A stretch of DNA of 64,000 nucleotides. It comes from Pseudomonadota bacterium (GTDB taxonomy: Bacteria; Pseudomonadota; Alphaproteobacteria; Paracaedibacterales; CAITNM01). Every line of letters begins with the position of its first letter. Within the stretch, counting starts at the first letter, position 1. Location of the stretch: the NCBI GenBank assembly GCA_018062345.1, contig JAGOSL010000002.1:32541-96540 (forward strand), given 5' to 3'. A model generated the notes under the pieces. The model did no database searches, was not told the origin of the DNA, and worked only from the letters and a program-made list of their open reading frames with translations. Positions 37,743 through 49,156 of this stretch are shown here, piece by piece. Position numbers and translations under genes: made by a program.

Positions 37743-39500
37743 TTATGAATCTAAGCCTTGCGCTTGTCTATTCCATAGGTGAGCATACTGTTTGCCTAAT
37801 TGCAACAGCTCTTGATGAGATCCTGATTCAATGATTTTTCCGTTTTCCAAAACATAGATTCGGTCTGCATCAATGACAGTTGATAGGCGGTGAGCTACCA
37901 TAATGGTTGTACGCCCAACCATGAGTTTTTTCAAGGCTGATTGAATGTGCCTTTCGGAATCAGTATCAAGAGCGGATGTTGCTTCATCAAGAAGTAAAAT
38001 TGGTGCTTTTTTTAGCATGGCTCGAGCTATAGCTAATCGTTGACGTTGTCCCCCTGAAAGGCTAACTCCGTTTTCTCCGACGATTGTATCGTACCCTTGA
38101 GGTAATTTTTGAATGAAATCGTGTGCCGCAGCTGATTTTGCAACGTTGTAGACATCTTCTGGTGAAAAATCATGACTTCCATAAGTTATGTTTTCAAAAA
38201 CACTTAAGTCAAAAAGAGCAATTTCTTGGCTTACTAGAGCTATTTGTTCTCTTAAATTTGCTAAGTCCCAATCTTTTACATTTATTTCATCTACAATAAT
38301 TTCTCCTCTAGCAATATCGTAAAATCTTGGGATGAGATTAATGATGGTAGACTTTCCAGAGCCACTTGCTCCGACAAGTGCTATGCACTTTCCTGGTTGT
38401 GCTTCGAAATTTATGCCTTTTAAGGCTTCCTTTTCTGGACCGTAAGAAAAATGCACGTCTTTGTATTGAACGTGTCCTTGTGATTTTTTTGGATATTTAG
38501 GATGCTTGGGAGAGTAAATAGTGCTGCTTGTGTCTATAATTTCAAAAACTCTTGATGCGGCTGCTAATCCTTCTTGAAGGTTTGCATTCAAATTACTTAG
38601 CCGTTTTAAAGGTTCATAAGCTAAAATAAGCGCTCCAATAAATGAAATAAATTCACCAGTTGTGCGGCTGTGATGCATAACTTGCCAACCTCCATAGGCG
38701 ATTACAGAAATAATTGCCACCCCACCCATGCTTTCAATAATTGGGTGACTAAGGGATCGAACTCTTGAAGTTTTAACAACAAGTTTATAAATTTTTTCAA
38801 TTTGTTTTCTGGCTCGACCTGATTCATAGTTTTCTGTTGAATATGCTTTTATTACGCGAATGCCTTGAAAGATTTGCGTTAATTGCTTTGTAAAGTGACC
38901 AATTTCTTCTTGTGCGTTATAGGTAACCTTCCTCATGCGTTTTCCTATGCGAATGATAGGTAGAAAAGCAGCTGGAAAAATGAAAAATGAAATACTAGCT
39001 AAGAACCAGTCTCGATAAAACATAACCCCGATTAAAAAAAGTAATGTGAAACTATCTCGACCAATACCGACAACTGTATTGGCTACGCTATTGCGCATCA
39101 AGCTTATATCATTGGTAAAGCGAGAAAGTAACTCGCCACTATTTCTTTTGTGAAAATAATCTAAATCCAAGTTCATTAGGTGACTAAATACCCGGTTTTG
39201 AATATCAGATATAATGCTTTGGCCGATACGTGTCATAGTGACTGTTTCACCATACGAAGCAAATCCTTTGATGACAAATGCTGACAGAACTGCGAAGCAA
39301 AATACGAATAACAAATGTGGGTCATTTGTTGTGAACACATCATCAAAAACTGGCTGCAGCAAGAAAGGCAGCGCGGCTGTTGACGCGGCAGTCATCAACA
39401 TAAAAAAGCTTGCTAGGAAAAAGCGTAGTTTGTAAGGCGCAAGATGTTCGTGGACGAGCCTTTTTGCAAGGGGCTTTTGTAATGCTTGTTTTTCTGCCAT
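37743..39500 (-). CDS. msbA: ABC exporter, MsbA-like
   Basis: 6-TM domain plus GASGSGKST, LSGGQRQR, LLLDEATSALD. Confidence 0.85.
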   Translation of the reverse strand: MAEKQALQKPLAKRLVHEHLAPYKLRFFLASFFMLMTAASTAALPFLLQPVFDDVFTTNDPHLLFVFCFAVLSAFVIKGFASYGETVTMTRIGQSIISDIQNRVFSHLMNLDLDYFHKRNSGELLSRFTNDISLMRNSVANTVVGIGRDSFTLLFLIGVMFYRDWFLASISFFIFPAAFLPIIRIGKRMRKVTYNAQEEIGHFTKQLTQIFQGIRVIKAYSTENYESGRARKQIEKIYKLVVKTSRVRSLSHPIIESMGGVAIISVIAYGGWQVMHHSRTTGEFISFIGALILAYEPLKRLSNLNANLQEGLAAASRVFEIIDTSSTIYSPKHPKYPKKSQGHVQYKDVHFSYGPEKEALKGINFEAQPGKCIALVGASGSGKSTIINLIPRFYDIARGEIIVDEINVKDWDLANLREQIALVSQEIALFDLSVFENITYGSHDFSPEDVYNVAKSAAAHDFIQKLPQGYDTIVGENGVSLSGGQRQRLAIARAMLKKAPILLLDEATSALDTDSERHIQSALKKLMVGRTTIMVAHRLSTVIDADRIYVLENGKIIESGSHQELLQLGKQYAHLWNRQAQGLDS

Positions 39501-39567
39501 AAATACATGGTAATACTTTTAGTTAACGTATCAAGTTTTCAATAATTTCGCAATCACACACACAAAT

Positions 39568-40731
39568 ATGAAGTTTCAAAGTTTTTTGTTTTATAAGATA
39601 TGTGTCTTTTTCACTGTTTTTATTTGCTTGCCGCTTCCGCATGGAAATATTTATCCATTTTTAGCATTGCTGGCTGTGTGTATTTTTCAGTTCAAAAAAA
39701 ATGAATTGCAAGTTGAAAAATTTAATCTACTCGTTTTTGCATTAATTGCATGGAGTGCTTTAAGTATTTTTTGGGCTATTGATTTATCTAAAGCTTTGCA
39801 AATGTTCGTTAAAATTAATGGATTAATGTTGGCTGGGTGGTTTTGGTGGAACCATTATAAAAAATTCAATCAATTTCAACTTCAGCAATTTCAAAGAATT
39901 GTGTCTATTGCAGGGCAATTACTAGCAGTTTCTCTGGTTGTTTTTGGCATAAATTCTAAATTTGGTGGGACGTTATATAACATAATAGACGAACATATTT
40001 CACAAGCTTTAGTTCATGGATGTGCTGCATGCTGCCTGGCCATTTGGCTTGCATTGCAAGGACCGAATAGATGGATTCAGGGATTAGTTCTGATTTTTCT
40101 ATTTTTCACTATGCACTACTGCACAAGTGATGCGGCTTCATTGGGAATTCTTTTAGGGGCCGGAACTTTGGTTACCAGTAAATTTTTTCCTAGATTTTTG
40201 AAGGCGATGTTTATATATGGAATGCCAGCTGTTTGGGCTGGATTACCCTTTGTATTTCGCATCTTTTCCCCTGATCAATATGTGCAGTTAGCGAAAACAC
40301 TTGATCCTAGTTATACGCATCGCTTGTTTATTTGGCACTCTGTGACAAACCAAATTTTTGAGCGATTTTGGACCGGTTTTGGCTTTGGAAGCTCTCGTTA
40401 TAGATCTTGCCTTATTCGAGGGGAAGACATCACGCTTTTAGAGGGGGCTGAAAAATTAGTGTTGAGTGCGCCAGAAAACTGTTTGCACCCGCACAATTTT
40501 ATGTTGCAAATTTGGTTTGATTTTGGGGTTATTGGGGTAGTGTTGGCATGTTTGCTTTGGATTTTTTACTGGGTAAACCAATATGATAAGGTGAACGTAT
40601 ATACGATAGCCTTTTGGGGAAGCGCACTTTGCATTGCTGCAACAGGCATTAGCGTCTGGCAAACTTGGTGGCTTATTTTGTTAGTTGTGCTTGCGCCAAT
40701 TTACAACTTGCAAGTTTCGAAGAATACTTAG
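39568..40731 (+). CDS. O-antigen ligase (WaaL/Wzy_C) family membrane protein
   Basis: Many TM segments; HRLFIW...GFGFGSSR...LHPHNFMLQIWFDFGVIG. Confidence 0.8.
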   Translation: MKFQSFLFYKICVFFTVFICLPLPHGNIYPFLALLAVCIFQFKKNELQVEKFNLLVFALIAWSALSIFWAIDLSKALQMFVKINGLMLAGWFWWNHYKKFNQFQLQQFQRIVSIAGQLLAVSLVVFGINSKFGGTLYNIIDEHISQALVHGCAACCLAIWLALQGPNRWIQGLVLIFLFFTMHYCTSDAASLGILLGAGTLVTSKFFPRFLKAMFIYGMPAVWAGLPFVFRIFSPDQYVQLAKTLDPSYTHRLFIWHSVTNQIFERFWTGFGFGSSRYRSCLIRGEDITLLEGAEKLVLSAPENCLHPHNFMLQIWFDFGVIGVVLACLLWIFYWVNQYDKVNVYTIAFWGSALCIAATGISVWQTWWLILLVVLAPIYNLQVSKNT

Positions 40732-41474
40732 CCTAATTTTTTTAATACATCTTCTGATATTTCAACATTTGTATAAACATTTTGCACATCATCGTTGTCT
40801 TCTAGTGTGTCAATCATTTTGAATAGGGTTTTTGCTTGTTCTTCGTTTACGGAAACTGTGTTGAGAGGTTTCCACATGATTTTCGCTTCTCGTGGATCGC
40901 CAAGTTTTTCAATTAGGATATCGCGCACAGATGCAAAATTTTCTATTGGACAAGTTATTTCGTGTGCATCATCTAGTGTTTCGACATTATCAGCCCCTGC
41001 ATCGACTGCAGCTTCAAATACCTGATCAAAATTGAATTTAGATGCATCGAAATGCAGTAATCCTATGCGTTCAAAGCAAAAACCAACACTTCCTGTTTCT
41101 CCTAAATTTCCACCATTTTTGCTGAGAGTCGATCTTACTTCAGAGGCGGTACGATTACGATTGTCTGTTAAAGCCTCAACAATCACAGCAACGCCAGCAG
41201 TCCCATAACCTTCATAACGGACCTCTTCGTATTGGCTTAGATCTTCACCCCCGCTAGCCTTTTTTATAGCCCTATCGACATTGTCTTTTGGCATATTCGC
41301 TGCGCGCGCTGATGCTAATGCAGCGCGCAATCTTGGATTAGAAGAAGCTTCTGCCCCTCCTGATTTTACTGAAACTATAATTTCGCGAGCAATCTTTGCA
41401 AACATTTTTGCTCGTTTAGCATCTTGAGCTCCTTTGCGGTACATAATATTTTTAAATTGCGAATGTCCTGCCAT
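40728..41474 (-). CDS. yebC: YebC/PmpR family protein
   Basis: MAGHSQFKNIMYRKGAQDAKR, YEGYG, TDNRNRT. Confidence 0.97.
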   Translation of the reverse strand: MAGHSQFKNIMYRKGAQDAKRAKMFAKIAREIIVSVKSGGAEASSNPRLRAALASARAANMPKDNVDRAIKKASGGEDLSQYEEVRYEGYGTAGVAVIVEALTDNRNRTASEVRSTLSKNGGNLGETGSVGFCFERIGLLHFDASKFNFDQVFEAAVDAGADNVETLDDAHEITCPIENFASVRDILIEKLGDPREAKIMWKPLNTVSVNEEQAKTLFKMIDTLEDNDDVQNVYTNVEISEDVLKKLG

Positions 41475-41486
41475 GTTCCCCTCCGT

Positions 41487-42566
41487 TTATTCAATAGCTT
41501 CAGCTAATCGAGTTGCTTGATCATTGGAAATAAGCGGATCAATCAACTCATCCAATGCTTCACCTTCAGTAATTTGTGTTATTTTATACAGAGTCAGGTT
41601 GATTCGGTGGTCGCTAACTCTTCCTTGTGGAAAATTGTAGGTACGAATTCGCTCTGATCTATCTCCTGTGCCAACTTGACCTTTACGACTTGCTGCTCTT
41701 TCGTCATCTTTGCGTTGGCGTTCTGCTTCATATAGCTTTGCTCGAAGAATTTTCATCGCTTTAGCTTTGTTTTTATGTTGAGAGCGTTCATCTTGTTGAG
41801 TAACAACAACTCCGGTAGGAATATGGGTTATGCGAACGGCGCTATCGGTAGTGTTTACATGTTGACCACCAGCGCCTGATGCACGATATACATCAATTTG
41901 TAGGTCTTTTTCATCAATATGAATATCGACGTCTTCTACTTCAGGAAGAACAGCTACAGTTGCGGTTGATGTGTGTACGCGACCACTTGCTTCCGTTTCT
42001 GGAACACGTTGAACCCGGTGTACCCCAGACTCAAATTTTAATCGTGCAAAGACTCCCTTGCCCGTAATGCTTGCACTTGCTTCTCGGATTGCGCCAAGTC
42101 CTGTATCGCTGAGGGCAATAATTTCAAACTTCCACCCCTTGTTAGCTGCGTATCGCTGGTACATGCGAAATAAGGTTGCAGCAAACAAACCTGCTTCTTC
42201 TCCGCCAGCACCCGCGCGAACTTCTAAGATAGCGTTACGTTCGTCATCGGCATCCTTGGGGAGTAATAAAATTTTTATTTTATGTTCAAATTCTGGAATA
42301 TTCTGAAGGATGGAATCATAGTCTTGCTGCGCCATGGTTTTCATATCTGTATCTAGTGATGAATCACTGAGCATTGCTTCTAGATCAGTTTTTTCTTTTT
42401 GCATTTTTCGCAATTCTAAAATGACTTCAGAAATTTCTGTTAAGTTACTGTATTCCTTGGAAAGGCGGGCAAATTCTTTTGCATCTTTCATATCGTGGCA
42501 TGCTAACTGATCTCGTAACTCTAGATGGTGAGTAACTAATCGATCTAATTTCGCCTCGAATGACAT
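41487..42566 (-). CDS. prfA: Peptide chain release factor 1
   Basis: [39 protein letters not shown]. Confidence 0.97.
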   Translation of the reverse strand: MSFEAKLDRLVTHHLELRDQLACHDMKDAKEFARLSKEYSNLTEISEVILELRKMQKEKTDLEAMLSDSSLDTDMKTMAQQDYDSILQNIPEFEHKIKILLLPKDADDERNAILEVRAGAGGEEAGLFAATLFRMYQRYAANKGWKFEIIALSDTGLGAIREASASITGKGVFARLKFESGVHRVQRVPETEASGRVHTSTATVAVLPEVEDVDIHIDEKDLQIDVYRASGAGGQHVNTTDSAVRITHIPTGVVVTQQDERSQHKNKAKAMKILRAKLYEAERQRKDDERAASRKGQVGTGDRSERIRTYNFPQGRVSDHRINLTLYKITQITEGEALDELIDPLISNDQATRLAEAIE

Positions 42567-42669
42567 AATAATTCCTAAAATACGTGTAGGCGTAGTCTAC
42601 AAAAAACTCTTCACCCAATCAATGTTATATTTGACAAATCAGTTCTTAGATCGCTATATTACGCCTTAT

Positions 42670-42746
42670 GGCGGAGTAGCTCAGCTGGTTAGAGCACCGG
42701 AATCATAATCCGGGTGTCGGGGGTTCGAGTCCCTCCTCCGCTACCA
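42670..42746 (+). tRNA. tRNA-Met(CAT), elongator type
   Basis: GGCGGAG/CTCCGCT acceptor stem, CCGGA-ATCATAA-TCCGG anticodon arm, GGTTCGAG, CCA. Confidence 0.93.
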
Positions 42747-43404
42747 GTTTTTTCCTAACGATTGTTAGCCCATCTCCGATTGGGAGCATACAAATATCTA
42801 CACGTGGATCATTTTTTATGAGCGTGTTTAATTTCCGAATAGTTTTTGTGCCTGAGTCTGAGTATGCAGAATCAATGACGCGTCCCTTCCATAAGACATT
42901 ATCAATGAGCAAAATGCCTTTTGGGGAGGCAACTCTCAAGCCTTCTTCGTAATAATTTATATAATCACTTTTGTTTGCATCTATAAAAACTAGATCAAAA
43001 GATTTTTCCTTAAAGGTTTTCAATGTTTCTATGGCCGGGCCTATGGTCAATTGAATACGATTATCTACATTTGCTTCTTGCCAATATTTCTTTGCAATTT
43101 TGGTCCATTCAGCATTTTTATCTAGGGCAGTGATGTTTGTATTTGGTAGGGCCAATGCCATGCAAAGAGAGCTATACCCTGTGTATGTTCCAATTTCAAG
43201 AATGCGTGAGGGGTTTAAGATTTTAACGAGCATTGCCAGAAACTGTCCTTGCTCTGGTAAGATTTGCATGTTGCGCTCAGGCATGTTTGCTGTTTGCTCG
43301 CGCAATTTTTTGAGTAGCTCAGGCTCACGAATTCCAACTTGCAGAAGATATTCACGTAGCTCGTTTGTTAGCTGTATTGATTTTTGATCTTGATAAGTGT
43401 CCAT
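42703..43404 (-). CDS. Class I SAM-dependent O-methyltransferase (COMT/CCoAOMT-like)
   Basis: ILEIGTYTGYS, FDLVFIDANK, IDNVLWKG, LPIGDGLTI; the 3' end overlaps tRNA-Met on the opposite strand. Confidence 0.92.
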   Translation of the reverse strand: MDTYQDQKSIQLTNELREYLLQVGIREPELLKKLREQTANMPERNMQILPEQGQFLAMLVKILNPSRILEIGTYTGYSSLCMALALPNTNITALDKNAEWTKIAKKYWQEANVDNRIQLTIGPAIETLKTFKEKSFDLVFIDANKSDYINYYEEGLRVASPKGILLIDNVLWKGRVIDSAYSDSGTKTIRKLNTLIKNDPRVDICMLPIGDGLTIVRKKLVAEEGLEPPTPGL

Positions 43405-43423
43405 AGTTTTACACGTTTAAGAA

Positions 43424-43449
43424 AAAAGCCTGCAACAAGGCAGGCTTTT
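43424..43449. terminator. Intrinsic terminator downstream of hppA
   Basis: AAAAGCCTGC-AACAAG-GCAGGCTTTT; T tract on the minus strand. Confidence 0.85.
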
Positions 43450-43471
43450 CTGTATTAATTTGCGTCATTAC

Positions 43472-45553
43472 TTAGCGTGCTAAAATAGCTAGTAACAGCA
43501 ATGCCACAATGTTTATGATCTTAATCATTGGGTTAATAGCTGGTCCAGCGGTATCCTTGTAAGGATCTCCTACCGTATCACCAGTAATGGCAGCTTTATG
43601 AGCTTCAGAGCCTTTACCACCGAAGTGACCATCTTCAATGTATTTCTTTGCGTTATCCCAGGCGCCACCACCGGATGTCATAGAAATGGCAACAAATAAG
43701 CCAGTAACAATAGTGCCCATTAACGTTGCGCCTAATGCGGCAAATGCTTCAGCTTGCCCAACAATGCAATTGATAATGGTGTAAATGGCAACTGGAGCGA
43801 TTAATGGTAACAAAGATGGAATGATCATCTCTGTGATCGCTGCTTTTGTGAGCATATCGACAGCAGCACTGTAGTCAGGTCGAGCTGTGCCTTCCATAAT
43901 GCCAGGAATCTCTTTGAATTGTCGGCGCACTTCAACGACAACAGCGCTTCCTGCGCGTCCAACAGCTTTCATTCCCATAGAAGAGAATAAGAAAGGAAGC
44001 ATGCCACCGATCAAAAGACCAATCAGTACATATGGATCCTCTAAGCTGAACTCTACAGAAAGCGATGGAAAGTAATGCTTAAGATCTTGTGTGTATGCGG
44101 AAAACAGCACGAGCGCCGCTAAACCTGCAGATCCAATAGCATATCCTTTTGTAACAGCTTTAGTTGTGTTACCTACTGCATCTAATGCATCAGTTACCGT
44201 ACGAACTGATTTTGGTAGCTCAGACATTTCTGCAATTCCACCTGCATTATCTGTTACAGGACCGTAAGCATCAAGCGCTACAATCATACCAGCAAGAGCT
44301 AGCATTGTTGTTGCAGCAACTGTAATACCCAAAATACCAGCTTGTAGATAAGCAACTAGTATACCAAGACAAATAATTACTACCGGAAGAGCGGTTGATT
44401 CCAAAGATACCGCTAAACCTTGAATAATATTTGTGGCGTGACCGGTTGTTGAGGATTCAGCAATGCTCTTTACTGGGGAGTAGCTGGTAGAAGTGTAGTA
44501 CTCAGTGACCCATACTAATAAGCCTGTTACCACTAAGCCAGTCAATCCACAGATGTGAAGAGCAGTAACACTAAAGCTTTGATTATTTATGACCATTGCT
44601 TCAGTTACATCTGCAAATATATGGTTTGTGACCCAAAAAATCAACGCTGCTGATATAACGGTTGTAGCAATAAGGCCCTTATAGAGAGCTTTCATGATAT
44701 TGTTATCTTCACTTAAGCGAACAAAAAAAGTTCCAATAACTGTACCAATAATACACACACCACCTAAGGCTAGCGGGTAAGTCATTAATTTTTGCTGTAG
44801 GTCACCAGTGAAATAAATTGCAGCTAAAAGCATTGAAGCGACGATGGTCACGACATATGTTTCAAAAAGATCGGCTGCCATTCCGGCGCAATCTCCAACG
44901 TTGTCTCCAACGTTATCAGCAATAACAGCAGGATTTCGTGGGTCATCCTCTGGAATTCCAGCTTCGATTTTTCCTACAAGGTCAGCGCCTACGTCGGCAC
45001 CTTTTGTGAAAATACCACCACCAAGACGCGCAAAAATAGAAATAAGAGATGCGCCAAAGCTTAAGGCAACAAGAGCTTCTAATAATTGACGCTGCTCAAC
45101 ACCGGCACTGACAAGGTAGAAATAATACAAAGCTATGCCAAGCAATCCAAGGCCCACAACCAGAAGACCGGTAATCGCACCAGATTTAAAAGCGATAGAA
45201 AGAGCTGGTGTTAATCCTTTGCGTGCTGCTTCAGCTGTGCGTACGTTAGCCCTCACTGATACATTCATGCCAACATAACCAGCGCATCCTGATAGAACAG
45301 CGCCTAACAAAAATCCTAAAGCTGTTAAATGACCCATGAAAAAACCAAGGGCTGCGGCTATTAATGTTCCTACAACGCCAATAGTGCTGTATTGACGGTT
45401 AAGGTACGCTTTTGCACCTTCTTGAATTGCACGTGCAATTTCTTGCATGCGGTCTGTTCCTGCAGAGCATGCAAAAACGCTGCTAGCTGCGAAGATGGCA
45501 TAAACAATTGCTAACGCCCCGCAACTAATAATAATTAATGATAAAAAATCCAT
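43472..45553 (-). CDS. hppA: Membrane H+-translocating pyrophosphatase, K+-independent type
   Basis: [26 protein letters not shown] (Lys determinant), [14 protein letters not shown]. Confidence 0.97.
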   Translation of the reverse strand: MDFLSLIIISCGALAIVYAIFAASSVFACSAGTDRMQEIARAIQEGAKAYLNRQYSTIGVVGTLIAAALGFFMGHLTALGFLLGAVLSGCAGYVGMNVSVRANVRTAEAARKGLTPALSIAFKSGAITGLLVVGLGLLGIALYYFYLVSAGVEQRQLLEALVALSFGASLISIFARLGGGIFTKGADVGADLVGKIEAGIPEDDPRNPAVIADNVGDNVGDCAGMAADLFETYVVTIVASMLLAAIYFTGDLQQKLMTYPLALGGVCIIGTVIGTFFVRLSEDNNIMKALYKGLIATTVISAALIFWVTNHIFADVTEAMVINNQSFSVTALHICGLTGLVVTGLLVWVTEYYTSTSYSPVKSIAESSTTGHATNIIQGLAVSLESTALPVVIICLGILVAYLQAGILGITVAATTMLALAGMIVALDAYGPVTDNAGGIAEMSELPKSVRTVTDALDAVGNTTKAVTKGYAIGSAGLAALVLFSAYTQDLKHYFPSLSVEFSLEDPYVLIGLLIGGMLPFLFSSMGMKAVGRAGSAVVVEVRRQFKEIPGIMEGTARPDYSAAVDMLTKAAITEMIIPSLLPLIAPVAIYTIINCIVGQAEAFAALGATLMGTIVTGLFVAISMTSGGGAWDNAKKYIEDGHFGGKGSEAHKAAITGDTVGDPYKDTAGPAINPMIKIINIVALLLLAILAR

Positions 45554-45717
45554 ATCTCATTGAGTTAAAAGTTTCATGTATTTCTTATACTAAAATTTTG
45601 GATGAGCGTCCAATCGGGATTTCTCAAAAAATTGGTAAAGTTTATCCATAAATAGCTGTTTCATGATTGATAGATACCTGTTAATTTGGGTCAGTATTTT
45701 TTATAAAAATAATACCG

Positions 45718-46458
45718 ATGGTTAGTTTTTTAGTTTTATGTGGGTTGGCACTACTAATATTTCTTGTTTATTATAATTTTTGGCGCCTTCCTCGTAATCC
45801 TTTTTGGCCAAGAATTTTGATGTATCATAATACTTCAGATGAACCGCCTTGCGGCATGAATATTTCACCACAAAAACTAGAGAAGCACATTCAATATTTG
45901 CTTGCCAAAGGTTACACATTCTTAAAAATTTCGGACCTTATTAGTTTCGATGAAGCGAAAAAGCATGTGGTTCTAACTTTTGATGATGGGTTTGTTGGCA
46001 ATTACACGCATCTGTTTGAGCTTTTAAAACGTTATGATGTGCCAGCAACTATTTATTTGGCGCCAAAAATTAAAGACATGCGTGCTTTGAGTGCAGACCA
46101 CGTTAAGGAAATGCAGATGAGTGGTTTGGTTGAATTTGGTGCGCATACCATGACTCATGTGAATTTAGAGAAGACAGATGACAAGCTTGCCCAAAAAGAA
46201 ATTACAAAATCTAAAGAAGCTGTGGAAGAATTAACAGGAGTTTCGTGTTTTTCATTCGCTTATCCTTATGGGCGCTATAATGAACGTCACGTTGAGATGG
46301 TAAGGGATGCGGGATTTACAACAGCAGTTACTACCAAAAAGGCCATAGCGCCTTTTGATATTTTGAGCCCTTATACTTTGCCAAGGCTTAGCATTAATGG
46401 CTGCATAAATAGGATTCAATTTTATTTAATCTTAAGCCGAGGGCGTTACAAGCTATGA
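45718..46458 (+). CDS. Polysaccharide deacetylase (CE4/NodB) with an N-terminal TM segment
   Basis: ILMYH, LTFDDG, FGAHTMTH, FAYPYG. Confidence 0.9.
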   Translation: MVSFLVLCGLALLIFLVYYNFWRLPRNPFWPRILMYHNTSDEPPCGMNISPQKLEKHIQYLLAKGYTFLKISDLISFDEAKKHVVLTFDDGFVGNYTHLFELLKRYDVPATIYLAPKIKDMRALSADHVKEMQMSGLVEFGAHTMTHVNLEKTDDKLAQKEITKSKEAVEELTGVSCFSFAYPYGRYNERHVEMVRDAGFTTAVTTKKAIAPFDILSPYTLPRLSINGCINRIQFYLILSRGRYKL

Positions 46459-47213
46459 CTTCTATTAAAGCTAGTGTTTACATAATATGCTTCAATGAAG
46501 AGCGCCATATTAAGCGGGTTCTAGATAGTGTTAAACAGTTTGATGAAGTAATATTGGTTGATAGTGGAAGTTGTGATAAAACGCTTAAAATTGCTGAATT
46601 TTATCCAAATGTTACTATCTATCATCAACCTTGGTTAGGTTTTGCTCAACAAAAAGCATGGGCTTTAAACAAATGTAAAAATACATGGGTGTTAAATTTA
46701 GATGCAGATGAAGAATTATCTAATGAGCTAAAACAAGAAATAAGACAAACAATAATTGCTGATAATTGTGATGCGCTCTCATGCCCTTTATCAGAAGTTT
46801 TTTTGGGAAAAACTTCACATCGATTTGTAAGGTATGCTGATAAAATTCGTTTTTTTAAAAAAACGCATGGTCAGTATAATTTAGAGGCATTGGTTCATGA
46901 ATCTATTTTCATAAAAGGGAAAATTAAGCATGTAAATGGAATGATTTATCATTACGGTCTTGCATCTATTGAGATAATGGTTAAAAAAAATAATGAATAT
47001 TCGACTCTTGCTGCTGAGGAAAAATTTAAAAAACATAAAAAATTTTCCGTTTTAAAATTAATTTTTATTTTTATTTGGGCATTTTTTAGAGCGTATTTTA
47101 TAAGGCGTTTTTGTTTTAATGGACTCAGAGGGTTTATCCACAGCATGTCGATAGGCTTTTATGCTTTTTTAAAGGAAGCAAAATTGTATGAGTTGGAAGT
47201 GAAAAAAGACTGA
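46455..47213 (+). CDS. Glycosyltransferase family 2 (WaaE/LgtF-like)
   Basis: ICFNEE, VDSGSCDKT, WLGFAQQK, WVLNLDADE, VHE. Confidence 0.9.
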   Translation: MTSIKASVYIICFNEERHIKRVLDSVKQFDEVILVDSGSCDKTLKIAEFYPNVTIYHQPWLGFAQQKAWALNKCKNTWVLNLDADEELSNELKQEIRQTIIADNCDALSCPLSEVFLGKTSHRFVRYADKIRFFKKTHGQYNLEALVHESIFIKGKIKHVNGMIYHYGLASIEIMVKKNNEYSTLAAEEKFKKHKKFSVLKLIFIFIWAFFRAYFIRRFCFNGLRGFIHSMSIGFYAFLKEAKLYELEVKKD

Positions 47214-47214
47214 T

Positions 47215-47736
47215 CTAGGTTAAAATTTTTTTTAATTCTAGTAAATTTTTGTTATTACGTATTTCTACAAATGGTACACGGGGATATTTTTTTCGCAAGT
47301 AGGTAATGGGAGCGCTAACGCGTTGCTTGTAGCTCCACATATATTTTAGTAATTTCCAACTTATTTTTTCTGGGCAATCCTTTGCTCGATCATCAATTTC
47401 CGGATTTTTATGAAACATTCTTTTAAATACGCGAAAATAGCAAATCCACCGAGAATAATTGAAATGCAGAACAAGATTAGCTCTTGAATAACGCATTTCC
47501 AGGGATTTAATGCTGTTGCCATCAATAATCCATGTGTCTCGATCTACAATCGATTGTTGAATTTCTAGAAATTCTTGAGTATCTCGTTCGGCCCAATTTT
47601 TGGTAAAGAAATATTTGTCTAAGTGATGTAGGGGTAGATTAGTTGTTTTGCTTAAATGTAGTGCAAATGTTGATTTTCCGCTGCCGGGGCGTCCAAAAAT
47701 CATAATGCGATTTAGTATGCAGGATAATTCTTTCAT
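47215..47736 (-). CDS. FlaR/adenylate-kinase-like P-loop protein
   Basis: IFGRPGSGKST, HHLDKYF, WIIDGN. Confidence 0.75.
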   Translation of the reverse strand: MKELSCILNRIMIFGRPGSGKSTFALHLSKTTNLPLHHLDKYFFTKNWAERDTQEFLEIQQSIVDRDTWIIDGNSIKSLEMRYSRANLVLHFNYSRWICYFRVFKRMFHKNPEIDDRAKDCPEKISWKLLKYMWSYKQRVSAPITYLRKKYPRVPFVEIRNNKNLLELKKILT

Positions 47737-47746
47737 GCAGCCCTTG

Positions 47747-49150
47747 TTAAAATTGCCAATATAAAAAGGGACTTATTGGTTGGATTCTAGCTAGAGAAAA
47801 AGAAAACATAATTGATAGAATTAAAACCCATAAAAGATTTGGTTTCCAAGAGAAAAAGCCAAAATATTTTGTTTCGTTTTGATATGCGAATATTTCTTGA
47901 GTGTTTGGCCCAACGGCTGAGACAATGAAAGCCAATAAAATTGTTACGCAGTTTTTATCGAAAGAAAATCCAGAAAGGTTACCGAAAAACATTTTTTGCA
48001 GCATTTGATACGAGGCTTCTAAAGATGATGATTTAAAAAACACCCAGCCCAGAATTACAACAAAGAATGTAGATAACCAGCTTATGCTCTTTGTTAGGAA
48101 ATTATTTAATTTGAATTTGTTGTAAAGTCTCCATGCATGATTTAGCGTCAGAAAACATCCATGCCACAGTCCCCATACTAAAAATGTATATCCTGAGCCA
48201 TGCCATATTCCACAAATTACCATTACAATTAAAACGTTTCTCAGTTTGTTAAAATTTCCATTTCGACTGCCTCCTAAAGGAATGTATACATAATCTTTTA
48301 AAAAATTAGATAGTGTCATGTGCCATCTGCGCCAAAAATCTATAATTGAAAGTGCCTTATAAGGGCTATTAAAATTAATAGGCATATTAAGATGGAACAA
48401 TTTCGATACCCCAATAGCCATATCGCTATATCCTGAAAAATCAAAATATAGCTGAAAAGAATAAGCTAAAATTCCTTTCCAGGCATCTATTGCATTTACT
48501 TCATTTGATAATGAAAATACAGGATCAGCTATCATTGCTAGGCGATCGGCTATAACAACTTTTTTGAAAAGTCCAAAAGCTAAAAACCCCAAGCCAATTG
48601 CGTAATATTGGTTATTTTTTATGCTTAATTTTTCCCATTTAAATTGAGAAATCATATCTTTGTGATGAATGAGCGGGCCAGAGATCAAGTGTGGGAAATA
48701 ATTTACAAATAAAGAATAACTTGTAAAGCTTGCTGAGTTTGTCTTTTTTTTATAGATATCTGCAAGATAAGTTATTTGCGTAAATGTGAAAAATGAGATT
48801 CCTAAGGGGAGATTAATTTCATGTATTACCTTTAGATTTATGCCTAAAATCGATAACAAAAAATAGAAATATTTATAGTAGACCAGTGCTAATATATTGG
48901 CGGCAATGGCGAATGAAAATAAGAAACGACTTTGATTTTTTGCTATTTGGGCGCCAATATAATAGTTAAAAAATATGGATGGAATTAAGACATAGAAGTT
49001 ATTCCAATCCCAAAATCCATAAAAAACCAATGAAAGAATTAACAAATAAATTGTGATGTATTCTGATTTTTGCTTATTAAGTAGCAAAAAAAATCCGGCC
49101 CAAGCTATTGGTAGAAAAGCAAACAGGAAAAAATATGAATTGAATAACAT
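47747..49150 (-). CDS. MBOAT family O-acyltransferase (AlgI/PatA-like)
   Basis: MLFNSY, PLGISFFTF, DFSGYSDMAIG, FWRRWHMTLS, YIPLGG, GIWHG. Confidence 0.95.
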   Translation of the reverse strand: MLFNSYFFLFAFLPIAWAGFFLLLNKQKSEYITIYLLILSLVFYGFWDWNNFYVLIPSIFFNYYIGAQIAKNQSRFLFSFAIAANILALVYYKYFYFLLSILGINLKVIHEINLPLGISFFTFTQITYLADIYKKKTNSASFTSYSLFVNYFPHLISGPLIHHKDMISQFKWEKLSIKNNQYYAIGLGFLAFGLFKKVVIADRLAMIADPVFSLSNEVNAIDAWKGILAYSFQLYFDFSGYSDMAIGVSKLFHLNMPINFNSPYKALSIIDFWRRWHMTLSNFLKDYVYIPLGGSRNGNFNKLRNVLIVMVICGIWHGSGYTFLVWGLWHGCFLTLNHAWRLYNKFKLNNFLTKSISWLSTFFVVILGWVFFKSSSLEASYQMLQKMFFGNLSGFSFDKNCVTILLAFIVSAVGPNTQEIFAYQNETKYFGFFSWKPNLLWVLILSIMFSFSLARIQPISPFLYWQF

Positions 49151-49156
49151 AATGCC

